A stretch of DNA of 64,000 bases, from NCBI GenBank assembly GCA_965248835.1, contig CBDFLJ010000001.1, positions 416,001 to 480,000 of the forward strand, in the 5' to 3' direction. Below are positions 1 through 11,420 of this stretch, one piece after another. Below the pieces are notes generated by a model, which was not told the DNA's origin, searched no databases, and worked only from the letters and a program-made list of their open reading frames with translations. Both the position numbers and the translations under genes were made by a program. Position 1 is the stretch's first letter, and each line of letters begins with the position of its first letter. The stretch comes from Alphaproteobacteria bacterium. GTDB taxonomy: Bacteria; Pseudomonadota; Alphaproteobacteria; MPNO01.

Positions 1-673
1 CGAACGGGCCTCGGCGATGAGCCGCGAAGCGGCCGGGCTGCCACGCAACCACGGCCAAGCCGAGGAGATCATCCTGCTCGACCCCGATATCGTGATCGCG
101 AGCAGCTTCACCACCAGTGCAACCAACGCGCTGTTGCGTCGGCTCGGCCACCGAGTCGTCGAGGTGCCGGTCGCAACCACGCTTGACGATGTGGGACGCA
201 GCATCGTCCTGGTTGCCGAGGCGATCGGCGAGCCCGAGAAAGGCCGCGCGCTGATCGACAGGTTCGCGGCCCAAATCTCTGCGGCCAAGCGGCCCCGTCA
301 GGGGGCACCACTCGTCGCGCTCTACTGGGCGAACGGATACACTTCGGGGACCGGCACACTCGCCAACGCGGTCGTCGAGGCGGCCGGGTTCAGAACGCTC
401 GGCCGCACGCTGGGCATTGCCGGGACCGGCATCCTTCCGTTGGAGACCCTGTTGGTTGCGCGGCCCGACGTCCTGATCCTCGGGCGCGAAAGGGCCGCGC
501 CGGCACTTGCCGGCGCCGTGCTGCGGCATCCGGCGCTCGCCCGCAGCTTCGCCGGCCGCCCTTTGATCCGCCTGCCCGACAACTTGTGGCTCTGCGGCAC
601 GCCGCACGTCGCGGCCGCCTTCGAGCGGCTGGTGCGGCTGCGCACCGCCCTCACCGAGGGACAGCCGCGATGA
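1..673 (+). CDS. ABC transporter periplasmic binding protein, BtuF/FecB class (cobalamin or iron-siderophore), 5'-truncated by window edge
   Basis: AEEIILLDPDIVI and LETLLVARPDVLIL...LRHPAL...WLCGTP are typical of class III SBPs; followed by FecCD permease and ATPase; no signal peptide within the window, so the start is likely upstream. Confidence 0.8.
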   Translation, partial: ERASAMSREAAGLPRNHGQAEEIILLDPDIVIASSFTTSATNALLRRLGHRVVEVPVATTLDDVGRSIVLVAEAIGEPEKGRALIDRFAAQISAAKRPRQGAPLVALYWANGYTSGTGTLANAVVEAAGFRTLGRTLGIAGTGILPLETLLVARPDVLILGRERAAPALAGAVLRHPALARSFAGRPLIRLPDNLWLCGTPHVAAAFERLVRLRTALTEGQPR

Positions 674-1662
674 GGGCCGGGCGTGGCCTGCTCGCGGGCC
701 TTGCGGTCGTGGTGGCGATCGCCTTCGCGGCCTCTCTCCTGGTCGGGCCGGCGGCAATCGGCATCGGCGCGATGCTCGATGCGCTGTTCGGCGGCCGGGC
801 CGGGACCGCGGCGGTGATCGTCCAGGAAATCCGCCTGCCGCGCACCATCCTCGGGCTCGCGATCGGTGCCACCCTGGGCCTGGGCGGCGCGGCGCTTCAG
901 GGCTTCCTGAGAAACCCGCTGGCCGAGCCGGGGCTGATCGGGGTCTCGGCCTCGGCGGCCCTGGGTGCGGTGCTGACGTTCTATTTCGGCCTGGCGGCAC
1001 TTTTTCCCCTGGCGCTGCCGATCGGCGGGATGGCCGGCGCCTGCGTCGCGGTGATCCTGATCCAGGGGCTGGTGGGCAGGCAGGCGAGCGCGCTGACGGT
1101 GATCCTGGCCGGCGTTGCGATCACCAGCCTCGCCTCGGCGCTCACCGCCCTGGCGCTCAACCTCGCACCCAACCCGTTCGCCGCCCTGGAGATCGTCTTC
1201 TGGCTGCTCGGCTCGTTCGCCGACCGCAGCCTCGATCACGTCTGGCTCGCCGTTCCGTTCATGCTCGCAGGCTGGGTGCTGCTCGCGGGCCTCGCCCGCC
1301 CGCTCGATGCGTTGACGCTGGGCGAGGATACCGCAGCCACGCTCGGCATCGATCTTGCCGCGGTCCGCCGCCGGCTGGTCTTCGGTATCGCGCTGTCGGT
1401 CGGTGCGGCCACCGCTGTCGCCGGCGCGATCGGCTTCGTCGGCCTCGTTGTCCCCCACCTGATGCGCCCGCTGGTGGGCCACCGCCCGAGCGCGGTTCTG
1501 CCGGCCAGCGCGCTGGCCGGTGCCGCGCTGACACTGGCGGCCGACATCCTCGTGCGGCTGATCTCGCCCGGACGCGAGATCAAGCTCGGCGTCGTCACCG
1601 CGCTGGTCGGTGCGCCGTTCTTTCTTTATCTCGTGCTCAGAATGCGCAGGCGGCTGGTATGA
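670..1662 (+). CDS. FecCD/BtuC-family ABC permease
   Basis: EIRLPR, QGFLRNPLAEPGLIGVS, GAIGFVGLVVPH motifs; ATG at 670 overlaps the upstream TGA (ATGA). Confidence 0.93.
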   Translation: MRAGRGLLAGLAVVVAIAFAASLLVGPAAIGIGAMLDALFGGRAGTAAVIVQEIRLPRTILGLAIGATLGLGGAALQGFLRNPLAEPGLIGVSASAALGAVLTFYFGLAALFPLALPIGGMAGACVAVILIQGLVGRQASALTVILAGVAITSLASALTALALNLAPNPFAALEIVFWLLGSFADRSLDHVWLAVPFMLAGWVLLAGLARPLDALTLGEDTAATLGIDLAAVRRRLVFGIALSVGAATAVAGAIGFVGLVVPHLMRPLVGHRPSAVLPASALAGAALTLAADILVRLISPGREIKLGVVTALVGAPFFLYLVLRMRRRLV

Positions 1663-2459
1663 GCCTCATCGAAGCACGCGGGCTGACGGTTGCGCTCGGC
1701 GGCGCCAGGATCCTCGACGGGCTCGACCTCGCGATCGAGGAAGGGGAGATGGTCGGGCTGATCGGCCCCAACGGCGCCGGAAAGACGACCCTCCTGAAGA
1801 CCCTGGCCGGTCTGCTGGAACCCTCGGCCGGCCAGGTGCGGTTGCGCAACAAGCCGCTGGCGGGGGTAGACCGGACGACCCGCGCACGCCTGCTTGCCTA
1901 TCTCGGGCAGGGAGCGGGACCACAATGGCCGGTCGATGTCCGCACCCTGGTCGAGATGGGCCGTCTGCCCCATCTCGACCCCTGGCGCGGGCCACGGCCG
2001 GCTGATCGCGAGGCGGTCGAGCGCGCGATGGCCGACTGCGCGGTTGCCGGTTTCGCCGACCGGCCGGCGACCGAACTTTCGGGCGGCGAGCTTGCCCGGG
2101 TCCTGCTCGCCCGGGCGCTCGCCGGCGAGCCGGACCTGCTGCTCGCCGACGAGCCGACTGCGGGGCTCGATCCCGCCCATCAGCTCGACGTGATGGACCT
2201 GCTCGCCGGGCTCGCCCGCAAGCGCCGGGCCGTCGCCGTGGTGATGCATGACCTGACGCTCGCCGTGCGCTTTTGCGGCCGTCTTGCGCTGCTGCATGGC
2301 GGGGCGATCGCCGCCGACGGTCCAGGTTCCGAGGTGCTCACGCCCGACAGGCTGGCCGCGTGTTACGGTATCGTGGCCCACCGCGGCTCGATCGACGGGC
2401 TGGAATATGTGATCCCCCATGCCCGCGCGGGCGGGGAACCGCCGGGTGCCGGGCAATAG
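1659..2459 (+). CDS. ABC transporter ATP-binding protein (FecE/BtuD-like)
   Basis: Walker A GPNGAGKT, LSGGE signature, LLADEPT Walker B, H-loop VMHD. Confidence 0.95.
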   Translation: MSLIEARGLTVALGGARILDGLDLAIEEGEMVGLIGPNGAGKTTLLKTLAGLLEPSAGQVRLRNKPLAGVDRTTRARLLAYLGQGAGPQWPVDVRTLVEMGRLPHLDPWRGPRPADREAVERAMADCAVAGFADRPATELSGGELARVLLARALAGEPDLLLADEPTAGLDPAHQLDVMDLLAGLARKRRAVAVVMHDLTLAVRFCGRLALLHGGAIAADGPGSEVLTPDRLAACYGIVAHRGSIDGLEYVIPHARAGGEPPGAGQ

Positions 2460-3276
2460 CACCCACGTCCGGACGGGCAGCAGGCTGCGATACGCCGTAG
2501 CGCTGTCTTTGGCCTTGCACGGGATGGCCGTCGCCGCAGCGCTGGCATGGTGGCAGTCCGATCCACGCCCGGTCCAGCCCGCAATCACGGTCGTGCTGGT
2601 TACACCGCAAGCCATGCCGCCGCCGGCCAGGGTCTCGGTAGCGGACTCCTTGGCCGGCCCGGCGCGCAAGGCACCGGCGCAGCACGCCCCGGCGGAGTCG
2701 GTCGCCCCGAATCCGGATCCGGATTCGGCTCCGTCGCCGGCGGCCGCGCGGCCGCTTGCGCTGGAGCATGTTGCGAACAAGCGGGATCGGTCGGAAACCG
2801 ATGCCCCGACCGCGCCTGCGCCGATCTCTGCCGCGGACGTTTCGGGGGCGCTCTCGATGGTGCCGGCCGAGCCGCAACCGGCGGTTTCGATCGAGCTTAC
2901 CGCACCGGCGAAGCCGCGCGCCGGAGCGAAGCCGCGCGCGCCGGCGCCGGTGGGGACCGGGACGGGGCCGGCCGCCGTCACGGCCCTCACCGACAAGGCC
3001 CCACGGTTCGAAGGTGCCGGTCTGGCCAATCCGCTGCCCCGCTATCCCTATCTCGCCCGCCGGCACGGGCAGGAGGGCCGGGTGGTGCTGCGCGTTCTGG
3101 TCACCGCCGCGGGCGATGCCAAGGCGGTTTTCATCCGACGGTCGAGCGGCTACCGTTTGCTCGACGAGGCGGCATTGAAGGCCGTCGGCACCTGGCGGTT
3201 CGTCCCGGCACGGAAGGCCGACATGCCGGTTGCCGGTGCGGTCGATGTGCCGGTCTCGTTCAGGCTGACCGAATGA
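2419..3276 (+). CDS. tonB: TonB energy transducer
   Basis: N-terminal TM helix with S-x3-H (SLALH), Pro/Ala-rich linker, C-terminal YP..ARR.GQEGRV...SSGYRLLDEAALKAV..WRFVPA; exact start uncertain. Confidence 0.88.
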   Translation: MPARAGNRRVPGNSTHVRTGSRLRYAVALSLALHGMAVAAALAWWQSDPRPVQPAITVVLVTPQAMPPPARVSVADSLAGPARKAPAQHAPAESVAPNPDPDSAPSPAAARPLALEHVANKRDRSETDAPTAPAPISAADVSGALSMVPAEPQPAVSIELTAPAKPRAGAKPRAPAPVGTGTGPAAVTALTDKAPRFEGAGLANPLPRYPYLARRHGQEGRVVLRVLVTAAGDAKAVFIRRSSGYRLLDEAALKAVGTWRFVPARKADMPVAGAVDVPVSFRLTE

Positions 3277-3288
3277 GGACGGCTCCCC

Positions 3289-4263
3289 ATGCCGCGCGGA
3301 TTGGAGGTCGAGCAGGTCCTGGCCCGCCATCTCGGTGATCCGGCCAGCAGCTTCAGCGTCGGCTCGCTGGGCGCGATCGCGGAGTTCCACCGGGATCCGG
3401 ACGAAGCGCTGACGCTCGATGACCGGGCGCATCTGCGCATCGCCACCGGGCGCGGCGCGCTGTCGATCGGCCGCGGCGCGGAGCCGGTCCCGCTGGCCTA
3501 TGAGACCCCTAGCAGGAACCGCAGAGGCTGGCAGCACGGCGTGGTCTTCTGCCTGCCGGCCGAGCGCGGGTGCGGTGCCGGGCGCAGGGTGCTGACGGAG
3601 ATCGGCCCGGACGCCGGCGCGGTGCGTGAGGCCGACCGCGGGGCGATCCTTTTCGACATGGGGCTCGGCGCGGCCAATGTCGATTTCTGCATCCGGACCG
3701 GCGATCCACCGCTGATCCGGACGTTGCGCGCAGGCCTCGGCCGGTCCGTCCTTGACCCCGGCAACCCGGCGATGGGTGTGATCTTGGAGGCCAATCCGCA
3801 CCGCATCGCGGTCTCGGCGATCGCCCGCTTGGAGGTCTTTCAACCGATCGGCCGGACGGTCACGCCCGAGGGTCCGCATACCCACGTCCTGCCCGACCTG
3901 TTGAAAACCGGCCGGACCCATGAGGCCGGGATACCGGTCCCGGCGGGGCTGCTGCCCTGCCTCAGCCTCTATCCCGCCAACCCGCTGGTCGACGGTATGG
4001 GCCGCGCGCGGCCGTTCGACCGCAAGAGCCTCGATGCGTTCCTGCCCTATATCGAGGCCTGGGGCGCCCCCGAACACGCCGGGGAGAAGCGGCGCGCCGC
4101 CAAGGCCCTGGACGCAGGGACCGCGCCGGAGACCTTCGAAGCCGCCGGCACCGCGATTGCCCGTGCCGCGCTGAAGGTCGCGCTGCGCCAACGCCGCCAG
4201 ACCGGCCCGTCGGACCCGTTGCTCGCGGCGTGGGAAACGGCCTTCGATGCCCCCGCGGGCTAG
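3289..4263 (+). CDS. conserved hypothetical protein (resembles DUF6925-type proteins)
   Basis: 324-aa ORF 12 bp after tonB with conserved-looking motifs GAIAEF, LFDMGLG, PEGPHTHVLP; family assignment from memory only. Confidence 0.6.
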   Translation: MPRGLEVEQVLARHLGDPASSFSVGSLGAIAEFHRDPDEALTLDDRAHLRIATGRGALSIGRGAEPVPLAYETPSRNRRGWQHGVVFCLPAERGCGAGRRVLTEIGPDAGAVREADRGAILFDMGLGAANVDFCIRTGDPPLIRTLRAGLGRSVLDPGNPAMGVILEANPHRIAVSAIARLEVFQPIGRTVTPEGPHTHVLPDLLKTGRTHEAGIPVPAGLLPCLSLYPANPLVDGMGRARPFDRKSLDAFLPYIEAWGAPEHAGEKRRAAKALDAGTAPETFEAAGTAIARAALKVALRQRRQTGPSDPLLAAWETAFDAPAG

Positions 4264-4290
4264 GAAGACGGGATCGGCCTCGGCTCCGGG

Positions 4291-6117
<1,827 letters not shown>

Positions 6118-6121
6118 CGTT

Positions 6122-7507
6122 TCAGCTTTCCTCGAGGCGCTTTGCCGCCGCAGCAAGTTTCGCCTGTTTCTCGGCGCGCCGGCGGATGCGGAAGCCCTCC
6201 GCCCAGCCGTCCTCGACGGTCTGGCTCGTCCGCTCGACGGCCAGCGCGTCGGCCGGTACGTCGCGGGTGATCACGCTGCCGGCGCCGGTGATCGCGCCTT
6301 TGCCGACGGTGACCGGCGCGACCAGAGAGGTGTTCGATCCGACGAACGCACCGGCGCCGATCTCGGTATGCGACTTGGAGAACCCGTCATAGTTGCAGGT
6401 GATGGTGCCGGCGCCGACATTCGCCTTGGCGCCGACCCGGGCATCGCCGATATAGCTGAGGTGATTGACCTTGGCGCCATGCTCCAGGATTGCCGCCTTG
6501 ATCTCGACGAAGTTGCCGACATGGACCTCCGGTCCGACCTGTGTGCCGGGGCGCAGGCGGGCGAACGGGCCGACGATGGCGTCATCGGCAATCGTGGCGC
6601 CTTCAAGATGGCAAAAGGCGCGGATTTGCACCCGGTCTCCAACCTTGACGCCAGGGCCGAAAAAGACATGCGGACCGATACTCACGTCACGCCCCAACGC
6701 GGTATCGTGGCTCAAATAGACGCTGTCGGGGTCGAGCAGGCTGGCGCCTTCGGCCATCGCCCTGGCGCGCAGCCGGCGCTGGACCGCCGCCTCGGCGAGA
6801 GCGAGGTCGGCCCGCGCGTTGATGCCCATGACCTCCTCGGCCTCGTCGACCATGCACACCGCGCAGCCATGGCCGCGGGCGCGCGCGACCTCGACGATAT
6901 CGGTCAGGTAGTATTCGCCCTTGACGTTGTCGTCGTCGATCGCTTCCAGGAGCGGCAGAAGGTGGCGCCCGTCGACCGCCATGATCCCGGCATTGCACAG
7001 CCCGATCGCCCGCTGGGCCTCGGTCGCCTCGCGGTGTTCGACGATGGCCTGGAGCGCGCCGTCCGCGCCGATGACGAGCCTGCCGTGCTCCGCGGGGTCT
7101 TCGGGTCGGAAGCCGAGGACGACCACCGCGGGCTCGGCCGGAGCATGCAGCGCGGCCAACATGCGGGTCATGGTCGGGGCGGTGATCAGCGGCGTGTCGC
7201 CGTACAGGATCAGGACATCGCCGTCGAAGCCGGTCAGGTACGGACGCGCGGCCAGCACTGCATGCGCCGTCCCCAGCGGCGGGTCCTGGACGACCGTCGG
7301 CGTCGGCGCGACGGCATCGCAGACCTGCGCGGCGGCGCTGCCCACCACCACCACGCGGCGCTCGAATGCGATCTCGGCCAACCGGTCCAGCACATGACAC
7401 ACCATCGCCCGCCCGGCGATCTCGTGCAGCACCTTGGGCCGGGAGGATTTCATTCGCGTGCCGTTGCCGGCAGCGAGCACGATGGCCACGGATTTCCTGT
7501 CGCTCAT
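6122..7507 (-). CDS. glmU: bifunctional UDP-GlcNAc pyrophosphorylase / GlcN-1-P acetyltransferase
   Basis: LAAGNGTRMKS..PKVLH, EYYLTD, GPFARLRPG, NHLSYIGDA, TCNYDG; adjacent to glmS. Confidence 0.98.
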   Translation of the reverse strand: MSDRKSVAIVLAAGNGTRMKSSRPKVLHEIAGRAMVCHVLDRLAEIAFERRVVVVGSAAAQVCDAVAPTPTVVQDPPLGTAHAVLAARPYLTGFDGDVLILYGDTPLITAPTMTRMLAALHAPAEPAVVVLGFRPEDPAEHGRLVIGADGALQAIVEHREATEAQRAIGLCNAGIMAVDGRHLLPLLEAIDDDNVKGEYYLTDIVEVARARGHGCAVCMVDEAEEVMGINARADLALAEAAVQRRLRARAMAEGASLLDPDSVYLSHDTALGRDVSIGPHVFFGPGVKVGDRVQIRAFCHLEGATIADDAIVGPFARLRPGTQVGPEVHVGNFVEIKAAILEHGAKVNHLSYIGDARVGAKANVGAGTITCNYDGFSKSHTEIGAGAFVGSNTSLVAPVTVGKGAITGAGSVITRDVPADALAVERTSQTVEDGWAEGFRIRRRAEKQAKLAAAAKRLEES

Positions 7508-7605
7508 CTATCGAATGCCGGTTCACATTGGCGCGGTGGCGCCAGACGTTGCCACAAAGCTCTATTGGACGCCACGTCCTTTGCCCCGCTGCGGGCGCAT
7601 CCGCC

Positions 7606-8472
7606 CTATTGGTGCGCGGTAAGGACCCGGTTTTCGCCGTCGCCGTCGAAATCCGCGCGGGTCAGATGGGCGACGACCATGCCCCAGCGCGTGTCGTATT
7701 GGACCCGCACCGGTATCGGCGGCACGCCCTCGAAGATCGGCGCGATCCAGATCGCGGCGTTGCGCCCCTGGCTGCCGAACCCGCCATAGTCGTTCTCGCG
7801 CTTTTTGCCGTGCAGCATCTCCATGGCAACCTGGCATAGCAGCGCGGTGCCGGAAAACGCTGAATAGCGGTTGCGGACCAGCCGCTCCTCGCCCACCCGG
7901 TCGACGACGAAATCGAAACGGCGCTTGCCGTCGAAGACCGGGACCTTGGTATCGCATTTCTGGCCGGATTGGACCGCGTGCGACAGCAGAAGGATCGCGC
8001 TTGCCACATCGACCGCATCGCGCAGATCATCGGGCGGGATCTCGATGCGCTTGCGCTTGGAATTGGAGCTGACGACCTTGGGTCCATCCTCATCGAAGCG
8101 CAGCGTCATCCAGCCCTTCTTGCCGCGCCAGACTCTCTCCGAATGGGCCCTGAAGGGGCGTACCCGGGCCGCGTCCACCTTGCCGGAGGCGTCGGTCCGG
8201 AGCGACCAGGGGAACATGAAGCCGACGAAGCCCTGGGTCTTCATCGCCGCCTTCAGTTCGTAGCGGGTGCCTTCGAACGCCAGGCGTGCGTTGAGCTGCA
8301 GGGCCTCGAAGCCGCCGAAATAAATCGTGTAGTCGAGGCCGACATCGCGCCGTTTAGCGGATTCATCGGGGGGGCCGGCGGCCGCCGTGCCGCAGAGCGC
8401 GACCGCGAGGACGAGCCCAGCAGTCGCGCGCAGCGTGTTCCCCAAAAGGGCCATGGTGAGTCTCCCCGACAC
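7606..8472 (-). CDS. exported DUF3108-like protein
   Basis: signal peptide, Y.IYFGG, PVFDGKRRFD motifs; start may be the internal ATG (MALLG). Confidence 0.65.
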   Translation of the reverse strand: MSGRLTMALLGNTLRATAGLVLAVALCGTAAAGPPDESAKRRDVGLDYTIYFGGFEALQLNARLAFEGTRYELKAAMKTQGFVGFMFPWSLRTDASGKVDAARVRPFRAHSERVWRGKKGWMTLRFDEDGPKVVSSNSKRKRIEIPPDDLRDAVDVASAILLLSHAVQSGQKCDTKVPVFDGKRRFDFVVDRVGEERLVRNRYSAFSGTALLCQVAMEMLHGKKRENDYGGFGSQGRNAAIWIAPIFEGVPPIPVRVQYDTRWGMVVAHLTRADFDGDGENRVLTAHQ

Positions 8473-8551
8473 TCCGAAACCCCACTATATCGACCCTGTG
8501 CGGCGGGAAATCAAGCCGGACTCGGGGTGACGCCCGGTGCCGGCGGCTTGC

Positions 8552-8580
8552 TTGACACCCCTCGGCCGGCGCCCTTAAAT
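8552..8580 (+). promoter_or_regulatory. sigma70 promoter of tRNA-Val
   Basis: TTGACA (8552-8557), 17-bp spacer, TTAAAT (8575-8580), ending 18 bp before the tRNA. Confidence 0.7.
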
Positions 8581-8598
8581 CCGCGCTCCCGATCGTTC

Positions 8599-8673
8599 GG
8601 GCGCGTAGCTCAGCGGGAGAGCGCTCGCCTCACACGCGAGAGGTCGCTGGTTCAATCCCAGCCGCGCCCACCA
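8599..8673 (+). tRNA. tRNA-Val (anticodon CAC), CCA encoded
   Basis: GGGCGCG/CGCGCCC acceptor stem, GCTC/GAGC D-stem, CTCGC-CTCACAC-GCGAG anticodon arm, GCTGG-TTCAATC-CCAGC T-arm, 3' ACCA. Confidence 0.97.
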
Positions 8674-8726
8674 TCCTCGCCATCGCCAAGCACTCGCCGG
8701 AGCGCATCCGCCCGGCCATCCCGCGA

Positions 8727-9500
8727 CTATGGCGTTGGGTGGCCGGGCCGGACTCCATCCGCCGGCGCTGATCCGCCAGCGGCGCCGGACGTCCAGGCAG
8801 CACAGATCTCCTCGAATTCGGCTCTGGTCGTCGTCCAGCCGACGAAGCGCTCGATGTTGAAGACCACCGCATCCTGGATCTGCGCCGGGCCGGCGGGCAT
8901 CGTCGCATCGCGCACCATGATCCCGTAATACTCGCGCGACAGGCCCTCGCGCAGCGTCCACTCCACGCCGACATTGCTGGCAATGCCCAGGACGACGATC
9001 GCCCGGATGCGCCGGGCGCGGAGCTGGGCGTCGAGCGCGGTGCCGGCGAAGCAGCTCGGGCGCGATTTCCGGATCACGATCTCGCCTTCGGCGGGCGCGC
9101 AGCGCGCAACGAAGTCGAAGTCCCAGCTTCCCTCCACCAGGACCTGGCCGGCAAGCTCCGGACGCTCCCGCATGAGCCGCAGCGCGGGCGATTTGTGCCA
9201 CCAGGGCGAGTCCGCGGGCGCGTCGCTGAAATCGGCGGCGAAGCCGTTCTGGGAGTGGAACACGGGCAGGCCGGCGCGCCGGGCCGCAGCCAGGACGCGG
9301 GCCACGGCGTCGATGACCCCTTCCGCGCCGGCGAGGTCGAATCCCAGCCGGTCGAGATAGCCGCCGGGCGAGCAGAACGCGTTCTGCATGTCGTTGATGA
9401 CGACGGCGGTCGAGCTCGCGCCGAGCGGGATCGGCTCCGGGCGGGCATTCAAATTCGCCACCCGGTCAATCCCACCACCGTGATCTGTCGGTTCCGCCAT
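8727..9500 (-). CDS. isochorismatase/cysteine-hydrolase family protein, RutB-like
   Basis: ARPEPI...NDMQNAFCSPGGYLD..GFD, WHKSPALRLMR, GSWDF, AGP..IQDAVVFNIERFVGW follow RutB closely; nucleophile Cys position is Gly; start taken as ATG 9500. Confidence 0.8.
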   Translation of the reverse strand: MAEPTDHGGGIDRVANLNARPEPIPLGASSTAVVINDMQNAFCSPGGYLDRLGFDLAGAEGVIDAVARVLAAARRAGLPVFHSQNGFAADFSDAPADSPWWHKSPALRLMRERPELAGQVLVEGSWDFDFVARCAPAEGEIVIRKSRPSCFAGTALDAQLRARRIRAIVVLGIASNVGVEWTLREGLSREYYGIMVRDATMPAGPAQIQDAVVFNIERFVGWTTTRAEFEEICAAWTSGAAGGSAPADGVRPGHPTP

Positions 9501-9741
9501 CGCTGCTTCACCCCGTCGCTTGCGGCATCGCGCTTCGATCATAACGCCTCGCCCGTCCCTCGGGGAGCGAGTCGGGCGCGCGGATGGCTTGCGGACGGGG
9601 GCCGATCGCCTATGTTTGGAAGCGATGTCGGGATGAGCCGCAAGGACGGACGATGATGCATTGCCGTGCCGCAACCTGTCTTGCCGCCGCCTCTGCTTCG
9701 AGGACGGCCGCGGCGGCCTGCCCCGTGCGGGGGGCATAAGC

Positions 9742-10575
9742 GTGGTCTGTGCGGTCTCGGACGGTGTAAGGCTCTACTGTGAGGACACCGGGTCGGGCAC
9801 GCCGATCGTCTTCGTCCACGAGTTCGCCGGCGATTGCCGGAGCTGGGAGCCGCAGGTCCGCTATTTCTCCAGGCGCTACCGCTGCATCACCTACAACGCC
9901 CGCGGCTACCCGCCTTCGGACGTGCCCGAGGCGTCCGCGGCCTACGGCCAGGCCCAGGCGGCCGATGACATCGCGGCCGTCATGGACCATTTCGACATCG
10001 CGCGCGCCCACGTCGTCGGGCTGTCGATGGGCGGGTTCGCGACGGTTCATTTCGGCATGCGCCACGGCGAACGCGCCCGCTCGCTCGTGGTCGCGGGCTG
10101 CGGCTATGGCGCACCGCCGGACAAGCACGCGGCGTTCTCGGCCTCCGCGCAAGCCAACGCGGACCGGATCGACCAGATCGGCATCGAGGCGTTTGCGGCC
10201 GCCTACAGCGAGATGGAAGGCCGCCAGACCCTGAAGCGCAAGGACCCGCGCGGCTTCGCAGCGTATCTTGAGCAGTTCGGCTCCCATTCCGTGCACGGCT
10301 CGGCAATGCACATGCGCCATGTTCAGGGGGCGAGGCCCTCGCTGTGGGACTTCGCCGACGAACTGGCGGGACTCGCCATGCCGGTACTGGTGGTCTCCGG
10401 CGATACCGACGGCGATTGCCTGGAGACCGGCATCTTCCTCAAGCGTACCATCGGCGATTGCGCCTTCTGGCTCGCGCCGGATACCGGCCATGCGGTGAAC
10501 CTGGAGGAGCCCGACGCCTTCAACCGCGAGCTCGCGGCCTTCTTCACCGCTGCGGAAGCGCGCAGCCCGGCCTGA
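9742..10575 (+). CDS. alpha/beta fold hydrolase
   Basis: FVHEFAGD.RSW, YNARGYPPS, GLSMGG nucleophile elbow, GHAVNLEEP; GTG start at 9742 is a guess. Confidence 0.85.
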   Translation: MVCAVSDGVRLYCEDTGSGTPIVFVHEFAGDCRSWEPQVRYFSRRYRCITYNARGYPPSDVPEASAAYGQAQAADDIAAVMDHFDIARAHVVGLSMGGFATVHFGMRHGERARSLVVAGCGYGAPPDKHAAFSASAQANADRIDQIGIEAFAAAYSEMEGRQTLKRKDPRGFAAYLEQFGSHSVHGSAMHMRHVQGARPSLWDFADELAGLAMPVLVVSGDTDGDCLETGIFLKRTIGDCAFWLAPDTGHAVNLEEPDAFNRELAAFFTAAEARSPA

Positions 10576-10847
10576 GGGCGGTCATCGACAAGGTGTCCGG
10601 CCGCGGCGTTTCGGACTGGATCGCGGTCCGGCAGGACCAGCAGGGCCTGGCCTCGCGCGCCTACGGCGTCAAGCGCGGCGCGGACATCACCAACCTGTCC
10701 GCGGCGGCGATGGACGCATGGGTCGCCCGCGCTGCGTCAGCCCACGAGCTGTGGGCCAAGGAGATGGACCAGCGCGGCCATGACGGCGCGGCGCTGGTCG
10801 CCTTTCTCAAACAGACCGCTCGGAAATACCAGGCGATGGCCAAGTAA
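10572..10847 (+). pseudogene. C-terminal remnant of a TRAP transporter solute-binding protein (DctP-like)
   Basis: LRAVIDKVSG...NLSAAAMDAW......HELWAKEMDQRGHDGAALV......KY resembles the last ~90 aa of DctP proteins; no start codon or N-terminal part. Confidence 0.55.
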
Positions 10848-10898
10848 CCGCCGCCGCCATCGGCGCCCGGCGGTGCAGACATCGTCGGAACCGGGCGT

Positions 10899-11420
10899 TC
10901 AGAGAATCGTGCTCAGCGCACCGTCGGGCAGGACGGTGTGGTCGAGGCGAACCTCGCGGCGGGCGACCGCGAGGCCCGAGGCGGTGCGGCGCAGCACGTC
11001 GCGGCGTGCGCCGACATAGAAGCCGCCGTCGGGGATCGTCCCGCGGCTGCGCCAGACCAGGATGTTGGAGTCCACCCGGTAGGTATCCGGCGACGGCGCA
11101 GTCTCCACATGGAAGTTCGACAGGAAGCGGCGCGCCAGCGACGGCGGGTTCTCGGCGTGCGACAGCCTGGGGTCGGCGAGCTGGCGGACCCTGAGCGTAA
11201 GGCTGGGCAGGGATTCGTCGACGATCGCAACCTCGACCGGCTGCGCCTCGGCTCGGCGCGCGACGCGGGCCAGAACCAGATAGCGGACATCTTCGGTCAG
11301 CAGCGCCAGCCAGTCCTCGTAGGCGCGGCGGTCGAGCACGGCCGCCTCGTGGTGCAGAAAGCGCTGGGCCTCGACATAGGCCGCGTCGTCGACGGGCGCC
11401 CCGACCGGGCGGCCCGCCAT
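10899..11420 (-). CDS. aromatic ring-hydroxylating dioxygenase beta subunit
   Basis: FLHHEAAVLD.R.YEDWL.LL.EDVRY, AENPPS..RRFLSN, RRDVLR, ARREV.LD; TAATG-coupled to the alpha subunit. Confidence 0.92.
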   Translation of the reverse strand: MAGRPVGAPVDDAAYVEAQRFLHHEAAVLDRRAYEDWLALLTEDVRYLVLARVARRAEAQPVEVAIVDESLPSLTLRVRQLADPRLSHAENPPSLARRFLSNFHVETAPSPDTYRVDSNILVWRSRGTIPDGGFYVGARRDVLRRTASGLAVARREVRLDHTVLPDGALSTIL

